Part shown: positions 9,817 through 19,372 of the stretch, one piece after another
Position numbering within the stretch: the stretch's first letter is position 1
How the letters are laid out: each line of letters begins with the position of its first letter
Origin: a virus
Lineage: Duplodnaviria; Heunggongvirae; Uroviricota; Caudoviricetes
Virus record (IMG/VR): IMGVR_UViG_3300013126_000013
Direction: 5' to 3' (one strand)
DNA length: 64,000 bases
Translations under genes and position numbers: made by a program
The notes under the pieces: model-generated
What the model was told of the DNA's origin: nothing
Seen by the model: only the letters and a program-made list of their open reading frames with translations
Database searches by the model: none

Positions 9817-10554
9817 TTCGAAGTATTTTCTACGCAAAGATATAAACTTTGGAAGCCATTCATATGTGTTAACAGTGAACACTTGCGGCAAATCATCGTC
9901 GACCATTACAAGAATTACGCCTTGTTTAATTGGGATTCCGGTTCTTTCATAAAAAGCTGCGGCGTAAAATGCTGTTTGTAGAAAATATCCTTCAATCCAC
10001 TCAGCCTTCTTTGGCTTACGAGATGTCTTAAAGTCAATGATGGATAGTTGACCATCAAACTCTGCAATCAAGTCGACTCGACCAGCAGTCTTGATCTTCC
10101 TTGAATACAACGGTGCTTCCTGAAAGTAGATGTTATCGACTCGAGCATCGAGCACTGGCTTGAGTGTGTTGAAAGTCATTACATTGATCGGCATGCGACC
10201 TTTGCCATAGTCGACTTCATTGTTCAGATAATTTTCAGCAATGAGGTGGACATCAGATCCACGATTCGCAGCCTGAACACTGATGCGCTTTGCTTCCTCT
10301 TCACCAACACGAGCTTTCCATGCTTCGAGTCCAGACTTGTCCTGCACGCTGAGCACAGTTGTAACTGAAGGAAACTTCTCGCCGGTTGGAGGAAAATAGA
10401 AACGCCCGGTTGGAGTAGTATCACAACCGAGCTGATCGAGTACAATTCCATGATTGACATGGTTAAACATTGGATTGGTTCTTTCGATATTTGGAAACAA
10501 GGAACTCAAGCGTATCTGGAATATGCTTGAAGAATCGTAGTCCTTCTTTTCCAT
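9802..10554 (-). CDS. PD-(D/E)xK-type nuclease (250 aa)
   Basis: IIDFKTSRK motif; full-length copy of gene whose 3' end is duplicated at 8905..9084. Confidence 0.45.
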   Translation of the reverse strand: MEKKDYDSSSIFQIRLSSLFPNIERTNPMFNHVNHGIVLDQLGCDTTPTGRFYFPPTGEKFPSVTTVLSVQDKSGLEAWKARVGEEEAKRISVQAANRGSDVHLIAENYLNNEVDYGKGRMPINVMTFNTLKPVLDARVDNIYFQEAPLYSRKIKTAGRVDLIAEFDGQLSIIDFKTSRKPKKAEWIEGYFLQTAFYAAAFYERTGIPIKQGVILVMVDDDLPQVFTVNTYEWLPKFISLRRKYFELKGI

Positions 10555-11158
10555 TCATTGCAAATGCTTCTTCACGAGTGACTTTTCGCCACTCATCAAA
10601 TGTTTTGGTCTGGCAATCAATACTTATATGATCGTCCATGATGGTTACATCGTAAGTAAAGCCAGTGAGCACGATGGGCTTCTGAGTCGTCTTACGAGTG
10701 ATGTTAGCATATCCATCAATTACAAAATCGCCATACACCCAAGCGTCATCATGCACCTTCGAGTGGCCTAAGATTTCAATCTTTCCGAATACTTGAGAAT
10801 TTCCATACACTGATGAAATACCATCAATAATAGCTTCATCATACACTAACGCGTTTTGAAAGACGTTTGTTTGACCAGTGACAAGAGCATCATCTGATAT
10901 CTTTGCGTTGCCATATACGTTCGCTTGATCTTTTACTTTTGCGTTTCGGTCGACTTGTGCTTTATCGTATACAAGTGCGCTGTCATATATCCAGCAATCG
11001 CCTTCATGTGAAAGGTTAGCTTCGCTTTCAACAAACCCACCGATATCACCAGCACTCACATCTGCAAAGTCTCGAAGTGCTTGAACAGCGTATAACCTCT
11101 TTTGACCAACTCGAATATCGATATCTCGATTCAGCTTGTACTTAGGTTGAAGCATCAT
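10463..11158 (-). CDS. hexapeptide-repeat (left-handed beta-helix) protein
   Basis: >12 tandem hexapeptides [LIVA]xxxxx (AKVKDQ ANVYGN AKISDD ALVTGQ TNVFQN ...). Confidence 0.55.
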   Translation of the reverse strand: MMLQPKYKLNRDIDIRVGQKRLYAVQALRDFADVSAGDIGGFVESEANLSHEGDCWIYDSALVYDKAQVDRNAKVKDQANVYGNAKISDDALVTGQTNVFQNALVYDEAIIDGISSVYGNSQVFGKIEILGHSKVHDDAWVYGDFVIDGYANITRKTTQKPIVLTGFTYDVTIMDDHISIDCQTKTFDEWRKVTREEAFAMNGKEGLRFFKHIPDTLEFLVSKYRKNQSNV

Positions 11159-11633
11159 CTACTTTAATTTCATTGAACGTTAATTCAAACGTTGGAAGTT
11201 TCACTTTGTTCATATCGGGCAAATCTTTCGAGTAGGATACAGACACATGTGGTTTATATTCAGGCCATGCATCTTTCATGTCATAGGTATCTTCATAGTA
11301 TTTTCTGAGTCTCGATATCGCTAGTGACTCTACCTTCAATACCGGTATGTCATTATTAGCTCCAAGCATCATAATGTCAACTACTTTTGCGCTGTTCGGA
11401 GGCGCAATTGTGTGTTTACGATTCGGTATATCATGCTTTGAAGTAGTGAAGAAGATCGTTGTATGAAAGTCGAAGTCTTCTTCGCCCTGCTTCGTACCAT
11501 CATACTTTGTGGTCAGATCAAAGCCGTTTTCTTTTGCCCACTTTCGAAGCTTACGTTGAGTTGCTTCATCATACTGTACAGCAACGTATTTTTCTACCGG
11601 AGCCTTTTCCATAAAATCTCTAAAACTAATCAT
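11142..11633 (-). CDS. hypothetical protein (163 aa)
   Basis: ORF. Confidence 0.45.
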   Translation of the reverse strand: MISFRDFMEKAPVEKYVAVQYDEATQRKLRKWAKENGFDLTTKYDGTKQGEEDFDFHTTIFFTTSKHDIPNRKHTIAPPNSAKVVDIMMLGANNDIPVLKVESLAISRLRKYYEDTYDMKDAWPEYKPHVSVSYSKDLPDMNKVKLPTFELTFNEIKVDDAST

Positions 11634-11637
11634 ATTG

Positions 11638-11937
11638 TTATCCTATGAATACGGATGATGCACCACTTGTTATGCTACCAGCATCACAACCATCACCAAC
11701 TTTTGCTGCTGATATTCCACCAATCTTTACACTTGACGTTGCACCGTTTATAAACTCTACATGCGGTACACAGTCATCGCCAACTAACACTGTATGCGAT
11801 ACTGTAGGGTCGCCTTGGCATGCCACAAGCTGACCCTCTACAAACACCGTCGATTGTGATGGTGTATTCAGCGTAGTCGACCCGGTACAGGCATGTCCAG
11901 TCGAAACAGAATCAGTTTTACGAGCGATCGCTGGCAT
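11638..11937 (-). CDS. PAAR-like protein (spike-tip type, cf. T4 gp5.4)
   Basis: MPAIARKTDSVSTGH.. and VKIGGISAAKVGD..GSITSGASSVFIG resemble PAAR repeats. Confidence 0.55.
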   Translation of the reverse strand: MPAIARKTDSVSTGHACTGSTTLNTPSQSTVFVEGQLVACQGDPTVSHTVLVGDDCVPHVEFINGATSSVKIGGISAAKVGDGCDAGSITSGASSVFIG

Positions 11938-12099
11938 CTTCTTTCTTTCTTATGATGGCCATGTTACCCATGATTTCCCATTCAAGAAGAGTTTGATCGT
12001 CCCAGCCCATTTGTTTCATGAGGGTAGCATTAAACTCTATGTAGGGCTCGCCATATTCATCTTCTTTTACTGTCGATACACCGATGATGTCTGCCATAT

Positions 12100-12846
12100 T
12101 TATAACCCCAATCTATCGCGTTCGATGATATAAGACTTGACTAATTTTGATCGAACAATGTCTTCTACTTGGAAGTCGACGAATTCAAACTCTTTCATTC
12201 GTTCAATGATTCTCATAAAGTCACGAAGGCCTGATAGTTCTTTCTTACGCTCAGACGTAAGGTCGTCTTGCTTCACGTCACCGCAAAAGATGATTCTGCA
12301 ATTTTCACCAACACGAGTCATGACTGTATGTAGTTCACCATCACCCATGTTTTGGACTTCGTCGACGAGAAGAATGCAATCGTCAAATGTCTCTCCGCGA
12401 AGATACGACGTCGTAATAAACTCTACGTAACCTTTACCCTTAAGTACTTCATACGCATCGCCTCTACCAAACAGCTTTGTCGCAATCGGCACATACGGAG
12501 CTTCAAAGACTTTCGCTTTGTCTTTCAATGATCCAGGTAAAAATCCTTGATCACGAGTTGATACTGTCGAACGAACAATGTAGACTTTTTTGTACGGCGA
12601 GTTTGCTTTCAATACTTCTTTGAGAGCAAAATGCAATCCAAGAAATGTTTTGCCGGTACCAGCGATACCGTGAAGCATCATATTGTATCCATCATCCCAA
12701 CGATCAAACGCAAGTCTTTGATTCTCTGTCATTGGTGATATATCAGACTTCATAGCAAACATCTTTGCTTCGCCTGATTCAACTGTTCCATCTTGCTTTA
12801 AGATTCTTTTTTGCCGCTTTGTTAGTCTTTGTTGTTGTAGAGGCAT
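12100..12846 (-). CDS. phoH: PhoH-like ATPase
   Basis: GIAGTGKTF Walker A, LLVDEVQN Walker B, PhoH-family length/organisation. Confidence 0.8.
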   Translation of the reverse strand: MPLQQQRLTKRQKRILKQDGTVESGEAKMFAMKSDISPMTENQRLAFDRWDDGYNMMLHGIAGTGKTFLGLHFALKEVLKANSPYKKVYIVRSTVSTRDQGFLPGSLKDKAKVFEAPYVPIATKLFGRGDAYEVLKGKGYVEFITTSYLRGETFDDCILLVDEVQNMGDGELHTVMTRVGENCRIIFCGDVKQDDLTSERKKELSGLRDFMRIIERMKEFEFVDFQVEDIVRSKLVKSYIIERDRLGL

Positions 12847-12860
12847 TATTGGTCCTTGTA

Positions 12861-13163
12861 TTAAAGTGTATCAATCGTAGAATACTTGTGCGCGGACTTA
12901 GCTTTGATAAGGACGTCGTTGAAGCTCTTGTCTATTTTGCGCACACCTAAGCGCACCGGGTCAGCAAAACCTGGAGTTGCTAGATTCTGTTTGATATGAG
13001 GATTGTTTGTAAGAAAATCATATCTTTCAGAGAGAGACATGATTTCGGTGAAAACTTCTTCAGTTTCAGTGTTTGTAAAGGTGTAGGTTGGCATAATAAC
13101 TCCGATAAAAGAAAAGGGTCCCATGATAGGGACCCATTCACTACCACGATAGTATTTATTCAA
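12861..13163 (-). CDS. hypothetical protein (100 aa)
   Basis: ORF. Confidence 0.45.
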   Translation of the reverse strand: MNKYYRGSEWVPIMGPFSFIGVIMPTYTFTNTETEEVFTEIMSLSERYDFLTNNPHIKQNLATPGFADPVRLGVRKIDKSFNDVLIKAKSAHKYSTIDTL

Positions 13164-13166
13164 TAC

Positions 13167-13748
13167 TCAGGTGATAAGTTCATAGATATGACGCCAATTT
13201 TGCACACGAGTGATATCGGCGTGGTGGTGACCTTTGTTGTGACCGTGATCGATCAGAAATGGAGTAAGACCGGCATTCAGCCCAGCAACTGCGTTTTCAA
13301 ACTTATCTTCAACCCAGATACAACCACTATCTTTGTACTCAGCAAGAGCTTCGTCTTTATCAGCGCCGGTATCAAGACACAAGATTTTTTCAAAAGCAGT
13401 CTCTCCGAACAACCGATGAATATTGCGTTTACGCAATTCACCAGCATATGGATCTTCACTGAGAGAAGTAATGCAATGGAACACATATCCATGTTCTTCG
13501 TGCAGTTTACGAACATACTTAATCGCATCTCTGAAAGGTGGAAGATATTCGATTCGAGCACTCTCATTGAAGTGTCGAGCGAGAGCTTTCGCTTTTTCCT
13601 TTGGGATATTAAACGACTTTTCGATTTGGTACTCGTCGTTTTGTACGATGGGATATCCGTGGAACTTCATCCATCCCGCAAAGGAATAGAACCAGTCAAG
13701 TAGAACCCCGTCAGCGTCGACAACGATAAGTTTTTCACTCAGTTTCAT
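13167..13748 (-). CDS. HAD-superfamily phosphatase (5'(3')-deoxyribonucleotidase / Pnk-phosphatase-like)
   Basis: N-terminal VVDADGVLLDW (DxDG(V/T)) motif. Confidence 0.5.
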   Translation of the reverse strand: MKLSEKLIVVDADGVLLDWFYSFAGWMKFHGYPIVQNDEYQIEKSFNIPKEKAKALARHFNESARIEYLPPFRDAIKYVRKLHEEHGYVFHCITSLSEDPYAGELRKRNIHRLFGETAFEKILCLDTGADKDEALAEYKDSGCIWVEDKFENAVAGLNAGLTPFLIDHGHNKGHHHADITRVQNWRHIYELIT

Positions 13749-13764
13749 GCTAAAGCCTTTCTTT

Positions 13765-13803
13765 ACATGACCAATATAATCACTTGCAGAAGAATGTCAA
13801 TGG
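13765..13803 (-). promoter_or_regulatory. phage promoter (TTGACAT family)
   Basis: GAAGAATGTCAATGG; -10 from CCAATATAATCAC. Confidence 0.5.
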
Positions 13804-14006
13804 CTATTATCACTATCAAAGAAACTATTTTTTCGGAGTGATTTTTGTTCGCGCTGTTGCTTCACGAATTCTTTTTTCGGATTATAGCGTTTACCATCTT
13901 TTTTAACATCGTCAGACGATCCCCATTCGTCGTCTTGCCAATCTTTAAACTTCTTCTGCTTTTTCGCCATTTTTTGGCTTTCGTCCTCTTTTAGGTTGTT
14001 AAGCAA
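13797..14006 (-). CDS. hypothetical basic protein (69 aa)
   Basis: ORF. Confidence 0.4.
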   Translation of the reverse strand: MLNNLKEDESQKMAKKQKKFKDWQDDEWGSSDDVKKDGKRYNPKKEFVKQQREQKSLRKNSFFDSDNSH

Positions 14007-14430
14007 TTACTGGTAGATTAAGACCAAGGCCTTCGTTGATTACGTCTGCGGTGAGTCCTTTTGGTGGTGTTTGTAGAAGAACGCGTTCCATAAGCTTAGC
14101 ATCTTCTTTATCAATACTTTCAAGTAACTCAATGAAGAGGAACTCTCTTCTGTACTGGTTAAGCCTGTCGCCGTCATATCCTTTGATGAAGTACCGAAGT
14201 TTACGAGTTTGACGATATAACATGCCTTGCGACTCAACATGTGGTGAAGGCTTGTAAGGTGGAACACTATCAGATGGAATATTCCATTTGAAGTTTTCCT
14301 TGTCAAACATTACCGTCATAAGAGTACGAAGAGACTGACTATTGTTTCTTTTCAGAAAGTCGACCTTCTCTTCTCGTGTCGGTAATGTTGCAGTTTTGTT
14401 CACGATCTCAGATAATGAAAGTGTTGCCAA
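13999..14430 (-). CDS. hypothetical protein (143 aa)
   Basis: ORF. Confidence 0.45.
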   Translation of the reverse strand: MATLSLSEIVNKTATLPTREEKVDFLKRNNSQSLRTLMTVMFDKENFKWNIPSDSVPPYKPSPHVESQGMLYRQTRKLRYFIKGYDGDRLNQYRREFLFIELLESIDKEDAKLMERVLLQTPPKGLTADVINEGLGLNLPVIA

Positions 14431-14452
14431 TATGGTTCTCCTTTGAGCTCAC

Positions 14453-15307
14453 TCAGAACTCATTCAAGGACTCCGTGAGCAGTTTAAGACGATTTTTGAT
14501 AAAGTAGTTGAGAAGCTGCGAACGATCTTTCGTGTTTTCTTTATTGTACTCATCAAGAATGCGCTCTTTAAGATGAGTGGGAACTTGAGAAAGATCAATA
14601 AGTGATTGATTACGAGCATAGTTTCGCTTAACTTCTGAACTCATTTTATTTATATCAATCCATTCTTCCAACCGCTTCTTCGTAACCGGCTTCTGACGGA
14701 TGTTCATGACAAAGGAATTGTCGACTGAGAGGATGTTCGGAATACCGTCCCCAGCATCACCTTTTACAATATGCTCATAAAGGTACTGCTCAGGATTTGA
14801 ATGTGTAACCCACTTCTTCATCACCGGGTTATACTGCTTCACATTTGCATACTTGTGAAGTTGGATGTAGTCCTTATCACCAGATAGGATAAGAAACTTC
14901 TCGCCAGTATTTAGCTCACGACCTTCTTGGTGGATGATAGTGCCAATGATGTCGTCGGCTTCACATGCGTCAATTTGAATTACTTTGTACGGAAAGATCG
15001 TCTTGAGCTCTTCACGAATCTTGTTCAGAGCATTGAAGATAGCAGTCCAGTCAAGTTCAGACTCTTCACGATTCTTACGACGAGATGCTTTGTAGTAGGG
15101 AAACTGCGTCCGCCGCCAGTAGTTTTTGTCGTCGGCACAGATGATGAGTTCGCCGAATTCATCTTTGAACTTCATACGATTAAAGCGAATTGAGTTGAGA
15201 ACCATGTGACGAATCATGTTCTCATCTACTTCTGCGTTGTGGTGATTGCCAATCTGCATCATAAGATTGGCAATCATTACCTGATTGAGGTCGACCAAGA
15301 TGGCCAT
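14453..15307 (-). CDS. rnh: RNase H / 5'-3' flap exonuclease (T4 rnh-like)
   Basis: FPYYKASRRK, ACEADDIIGT motifs of the T4 RNase H / FEN family; 284 aa. Confidence 0.7.
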   Translation of the reverse strand: MAILVDLNQVMIANLMMQIGNHHNAEVDENMIRHMVLNSIRFNRMKFKDEFGELIICADDKNYWRRTQFPYYKASRRKNREESELDWTAIFNALNKIREELKTIFPYKVIQIDACEADDIIGTIIHQEGRELNTGEKFLILSGDKDYIQLHKYANVKQYNPVMKKWVTHSNPEQYLYEHIVKGDAGDGIPNILSVDNSFVMNIRQKPVTKKRLEEWIDINKMSSEVKRNYARNQSLIDLSQVPTHLKERILDEYNKENTKDRSQLLNYFIKNRLKLLTESLNEF

Positions 15308-15324
15308 TGTATTTACTCCTATTC

Positions 15325-15366
15325 TAGACTATAAAATTATATATCAACTGCGGAGAATGTCAACGG
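15325..15366 (-). promoter_or_regulatory. phage promoter (TTGACAT family)
   Basis: GGAGAATGTCAACGG; upstream -10 in ATAAAATTATATATC. Confidence 0.55.
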
Positions 15367-16562
15367 TAAACTTTCAAAATAATTGTTTCCTCGTTGAGTC
15401 GACCATTTGCTTGTGCTGACTTTGTCTTCAGATCAAGGAAGATCTTTAGAGCCCGCGCCTTCGTTGCAGCGCCAATATCTTTCAGCACTTCTTCAGGCTT
15501 ACGCAAAGTCTTTTTCAAACAGGACTCTTCTCTCAAATTTGTGATCGTCGTACCCTTCACCGAGAAGCCATCCACAGAGGCTGCTACGAGCTGCACCAAT
15601 TGGCGATACTTAGTATTAAAGAGGTATACCTCAGACGCTCCTACAAGAGCTGCAGGATCAACTGAAGTCAGTTTATATTCAGCACTCTCTTTTTGATATT
15701 TTACTTTCACAACAAGCTTTTCAACCGGCACTTTCTTCTTTGCGCGTGGCTTGCGCACTGCTTGCACCTTCGCCGCAGTGGCAGCATTGATAAACTTTTG
15801 ACAGTCGTCGACGATGTTCTTAATGAAAGACAAATAATCTTTCTTATCTTTTGCTGTCTTTAGGTGCTTGTAGCCTTCAACCAGATCAGGAGTCTTTTGA
15901 GTAACAAGCTCTTCGATTTCGTCGTACAGCGGCTTGTAATAATCATACACCTTTTGTGCGAGTGGCTTAGGTGCGTTGATCTTCTTCAGTTCGTTGTATA
16001 CCGAATAGTTTTCACCATCAAGCCAGACCTTTGGATCATGATAAAGATCGATCACATGTTCAACTTCAGCGATAAAGTCACTTGTCTTTTCGGATAGAAT
16101 GTCTGCAGCAGTTTTTACGATTGTAGTTTTCGCTGAGTCATTCATAGCGCGATTCTTGCGGCCGGCATCGATAGCTTCTTGCAGCTTACCATTCAACCAA
16201 GCCATCCGCTTTTCGCTAAAGCGGGCACCCGCCGAAAGCATCTTGCATAGACCGCCAATTGCAGTATTCACTCGCCACTCTTCTGCTGCTTTAAAGTCGA
16301 CTAGATCTTGTGTGCGGTTCTTCTTGATCCAAGCTTCCGCCCACTTGTAAGCATCTTTGTAATCGTAGAAGTAGTTGTAATGCTTTAGGTTCTGGTATAA
16401 CACAACTTCAGCATCAGGAATATTCGTGAAGTTCGTAATCTCAGCACCAATATGTTTTTCTTCAAGAAGCTTCGAAGCGCCGGACTTCCGTTGAGGAACC
16501 GGCTTCAATTCGGGCTTTTTCTTTTTAGTAGTAAGCTTTTTCAGCGCAGCAGATTTTGCCAT
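15360..16562 (-). CDS. hypothetical protein (400 aa, Lys-rich N-terminus)
   Basis: ORF. Confidence 0.5.
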   Translation of the reverse strand: MAKSAALKKLTTKKKKPELKPVPQRKSGASKLLEEKHIGAEITNFTNIPDAEVVLYQNLKHYNYFYDYKDAYKWAEAWIKKNRTQDLVDFKAAEEWRVNTAIGGLCKMLSAGARFSEKRMAWLNGKLQEAIDAGRKNRAMNDSAKTTIVKTAADILSEKTSDFIAEVEHVIDLYHDPKVWLDGENYSVYNELKKINAPKPLAQKVYDYYKPLYDEIEELVTQKTPDLVEGYKHLKTAKDKKDYLSFIKNIVDDCQKFINAATAAKVQAVRKPRAKKKVPVEKLVVKVKYQKESAEYKLTSVDPAALVGASEVYLFNTKYRQLVQLVAASVDGFSVKGTTITNLREESCLKKTLRKPEEVLKDIGAATKARALKIFLDLKTKSAQANGRLNEETIILKVYR

Positions 16563-16574
16563 GAGAGGTCTCCT

Positions 16575-16614
16575 TTAAGGGCAGTATACACCATCACAGA
16601 AATGATGTCAACAG
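16575..16614 (-). promoter_or_regulatory. phage promoter (TTGACAT family)
   Basis: GAAATGATGTCAACAG. Confidence 0.5.
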
Positions 16615-17502
16615 TTCTTTCCACTGCCACCGCCTATTTTCCCACGAATATGTCTCGTTGAGAAAGTCGACTCGATCTTCCGACATCTCGTTGCCATCTA
16701 TTACGTCTTCGATAGCATCACGAAGATTCGCTTCAAACCGTGCCATATGGTGAGCATGATTCTCAGTATAACCATACATATAAGTGCATCCCATAGCAGT
16801 CTCTGGTAGGGCTGCGAGTGACGAATGAACACACACTAAACCTGCACACATAGCTTCAATCATCACTAGACAAGAGGTTTCCTGCCAGATCGACGGATAG
16901 GCGAGAATGTGCGAACGCTTGAGCTCTTCACGGATTACATCATTTGATACTGATTTCGAATAATTAATGCCAGGATGCGCTCTCAATTGTTCGAATAGCT
17001 TTTCATACGGTTTATCACGTACATCCCATCCATAAAGATCGAAAGATGAGTATACATTCAGTTCGATCTTATCACCGAATTCTTTGTATAGATTATCATA
17101 AACTGGATAAAGCAGCTCAAGCCCTCGATGAGGTGTTGAGAAGTACATAAGCCGGACTTTGTCCTGAGGCTTCGCGTGTTTCTCAATTGGCTTGATAGCA
17201 TTCTGTAGAACAATACCGGTGTCAAACGGAACACCTAGATAAGCGTTATACATCTGTTGTTGCCAATAGCTTACAAATACAAGCTTATCAAATCGTTTCC
17301 ACCCGCCATTCTTTAGGTGCTGTACTTCAGGATCACCTGGAAGATCGTGCAGCACAAGTATTTTGCGCTTAGTGGAATCAAGTTCACGCACTCGTGAATG
17401 AATGATTTGAAACGGCGAAAGCAACTCAGGCGGAAGGGAATTAATCCGATCCGCCATAAGTTCAGTTCCGCCTCGAGCGAAATTAGACAAAGACTGCTCC
17501 AT
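16594..17502 (-). CDS. glycosyltransferase-like protein (GT1/GT4-like C-terminal domain)
   Basis: weak similarity (..ILAYPSIWQETSCLVMIEAMCAGLVCV..). Confidence 0.35.
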   Translation of the reverse strand: MEQSLSNFARGGTELMADRINSLPPELLSPFQIIHSRVRELDSTKRKILVLHDLPGDPEVQHLKNGGWKRFDKLVFVSYWQQQMYNAYLGVPFDTGIVLQNAIKPIEKHAKPQDKVRLMYFSTPHRGLELLYPVYDNLYKEFGDKIELNVYSSFDLYGWDVRDKPYEKLFEQLRAHPGINYSKSVSNDVIREELKRSHILAYPSIWQETSCLVMIEAMCAGLVCVHSSLAALPETAMGCTYMYGYTENHAHHMARFEANLRDAIEDVIDGNEMSEDRVDFLNETYSWENRRWQWKELLTSFL

Positions 17503-17794
17503 TTACGCGTTTAAGACTATCCCAACGGAATGATCGCCAGCCTTGATTGATAATGTCAAAGACTGCAACCACATCCGGATTCGGAGTCTTCTTTTGCACA
17601 ACTTCTTCAAGGTCGACCTGCTTAGGAAGAGAATCTTCTTTGAGAGTGCAAGTCATAACTCGAATCGTCCCGTCTTTCTTTACGAATTCGACATCGACGA
17701 TTTCATTACGCAATAAAATAAGAACGTCAGATTTTTCCATCACCAAAACCTCCAGAGGTATTTTCAATTTCTGCAAGAAACGCGTCGTGGCCAC
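17483..17794 (-). CDS. hypothetical protein (103 aa)
   Basis: ORF. Confidence 0.4.
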   Translation of the reverse strand: MATTRFLQKLKIPLEVLVMEKSDVLILLRNEIVDVEFVKKDGTIRVMTCTLKEDSLPKQVDLEEVVQKKTPNPDVVAVFDIINQGWRSFRWDSLKRVNGAVFV

Positions 17795-17981
17795 CTATGT
17801 ATTGGTCATGCCAAAAAATTTGAGGGATTTTTGTAGTGCCCGACGGTACCTTCGACTTCATTTCTTCATACACAGCCAGATCTTCTACATCTTTCCAAAC
17901 GTGTTTCAGCCCACGGTCTTCTGCAAGCTTCTTTGCAGCTTTGCACCATTTGCACCACTCGGCGCCGTAGATGACGATCAT
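17727..17981 (-). CDS. glutaredoxin / NrdH-like redoxin
   Basis: MIVIYGAEWCKWCKAAK CxxC active site, 84 aa. Confidence 0.7.
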   Translation of the reverse strand: MIVIYGAEWCKWCKAAKKLAEDRGLKHVWKDVEDLAVYEEMKSKVPSGTTKIPQIFWHDQYIGGHDAFLAEIENTSGGFGDGKI

Positions 17982-18265
17982 TCGCCATCTGCCTTCTTTG
18001 CCGACTTATTCCAATCCTTCAGGCGAGCAACGTATTCACGACCGGACACTTTCACTTTGATGAAGCGCTTGTTCGTCTGCTCTTTGTTCGGATTTGCAAT
18101 AGTCATAACAACATCTTTACCTTGCTTCAAGGCGCGAAGCTGATTTGCAAGACGATCGCTCGATTGCAAGTATTCGGTACGCATTGCATTACGCACTTTC
18201 TTATCCACGTTCGAATGGATACCTTGCGAAATAAAGCCCTTCGACTTACCACCTTTTTTACCCAC
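17978..18265 (-). CDS. hypothetical basic protein (95 aa)
   Basis: ORF. Confidence 0.4.
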   Translation of the reverse strand: MGKKGGKSKGFISQGIHSNVDKKVRNAMRTEYLQSSDRLANQLRALKQGKDVVMTIANPNKEQTNKRFIKVKVSGREYVARLKDWNKSAKKADGE

Positions 18266-18515
18266 GGTCTTTCTCCTTCATTTCAAATTGAACGTCTTTA
18301 CGCAAGAACCAGTACAACCAACTGGTCATGCAATGATCTTTATCCCAGAAAAATATCTTGTCGAGAAGCCAAACTACATTCGGCTTTCTTGCTTTCTTTA
18401 AAGCGTAATTTCTTGCACTCAGTGTTTGATTACTTGATCCGCCAAGTATTACATTGAGCAGTACGGATATCGCTGTACCTACTCTTGAAAAATATCTTAT
18501 AACAAGATTTGTCAA
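18258..18515 (-). CDS. hypothetical protein (85 aa)
   Basis: ORF. Confidence 0.35.
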   Translation of the reverse strand: MTNLVIRYFSRVGTAISVLLNVILGGSSNQTLSARNYALKKARKPNVVWLLDKIFFWDKDHCMTSWLYWFLRKDVQFEMKEKDRG

Positions 18516-18525
18516 ATGTCAACTC
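18485..18525 (-). promoter_or_regulatory. phage promoter (tandem TGTCAA boxes)
   Basis: TTTGTCAAATGTCAACTCC. Confidence 0.5.
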
Positions 18526-18552
18526 CATAATGAAACCACTATAGAATATATA

Positions 18553-19125
18553 TCAAATCTCTTCGTCGATAGACCGTCTCATTTCTTCTAGAAGATCATC
18601 GTAAGATTCAACCATCTTGATACTGTATCGATCACATACCATCTTTACGTTTCCGTAGCGGTAGAACTCTTTCGGGCAACATACGATCACATTAAACGGT
18701 CCGGGTCCTAAACCTCGACCAAAGATACCAAGTTCAAGAAGCGTAATAGGAGCCTTTGATTCCGCAGCAAAGTAGTACACGAGCATGCTAGCATCTTCTT
18801 GTTGCTCGAGTTCCCAGTCGACTTGCTCATAGAACTGAGTGCCGGGTGTAGGGTCTTGAACCCAAGAAGAATCCCAATCATCACGGCGAGGATTTACAAG
18901 AATCAAATCATCGTTATAATCTGATAGATCTTTCGACAATCTATCCTGCCAATTCTCAGCAGCGCCCATGTCAATCGATCCGCCGAGAAAGACTGAGAAC
19001 TTTCCAGATGGAACCCAGTGTGGCGCCTTAATTACTTGAGTCAAAGGTTTTCTCCCAACAATCTCGAATCCACTCAATCTTCTTTTCAGTGGTCCAACCA
19101 GAAAGATAATCATTATCGCTGTCAA
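18553..19125 (-). CDS. hypothetical protein (possibly nucleoside 2-deoxyribosyltransferase-like Rossmann fold)
   Basis: weak pattern only. Confidence 0.35.
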   Translation of the reverse strand: MTAIMIIFLVGPLKRRLSGFEIVGRKPLTQVIKAPHWVPSGKFSVFLGGSIDMGAAENWQDRLSKDLSDYNDDLILVNPRRDDWDSSWVQDPTPGTQFYEQVDWELEQQEDASMLVYYFAAESKAPITLLELGIFGRGLGPGPFNVIVCCPKEFYRYGNVKMVCDRYSIKMVESYDDLLEEMRRSIDEEI

Positions 19126-19351
19126 AAAGATCGAGAACTTCTTTTTCGCTCATCGTGATTGTATCGGTGATATTTTCTCCAACATGTAATTGAGAAAATT
19201 CTTTTACCTCGTTACAAGTAACACAGTCATGAGCCCAAGTAGCATCTACTGTAGCGTCCGTATTTAGTTCTTGAAGTTTATCTTTTGGCATAACGTACCG
19301 ATGACGAAACGTTGAAACCGTCGTTACAACTATGTATTCATTATCACTCAT
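19028..19351 (-). CDS. hypothetical protein (107 aa)
   Basis: ORF. Confidence 0.4.
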   Translation of the reverse strand: MSDNEYIVVTTVSTFRHRYVMPKDKLQELNTDATVDATWAHDCVTCNEVKEFSQLHVGENITDTITMSEKEVLDLFDSDNDYLSGWTTEKKIEWIRDCWEKTFDSSN

Positions 19352-19372
19352 TTGATACCCATTTGTTAAGGT

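Noticed and set aside
17483-17794. Overlap (~67 nt) between the 103-aa ORF and the glutaredoxin gene as evidence for a frameshift/fusion
   Set aside because: Alternative in-frame starts (M19, M47) remove most of the overlap, and such overlaps are common in this tightly packed genome.
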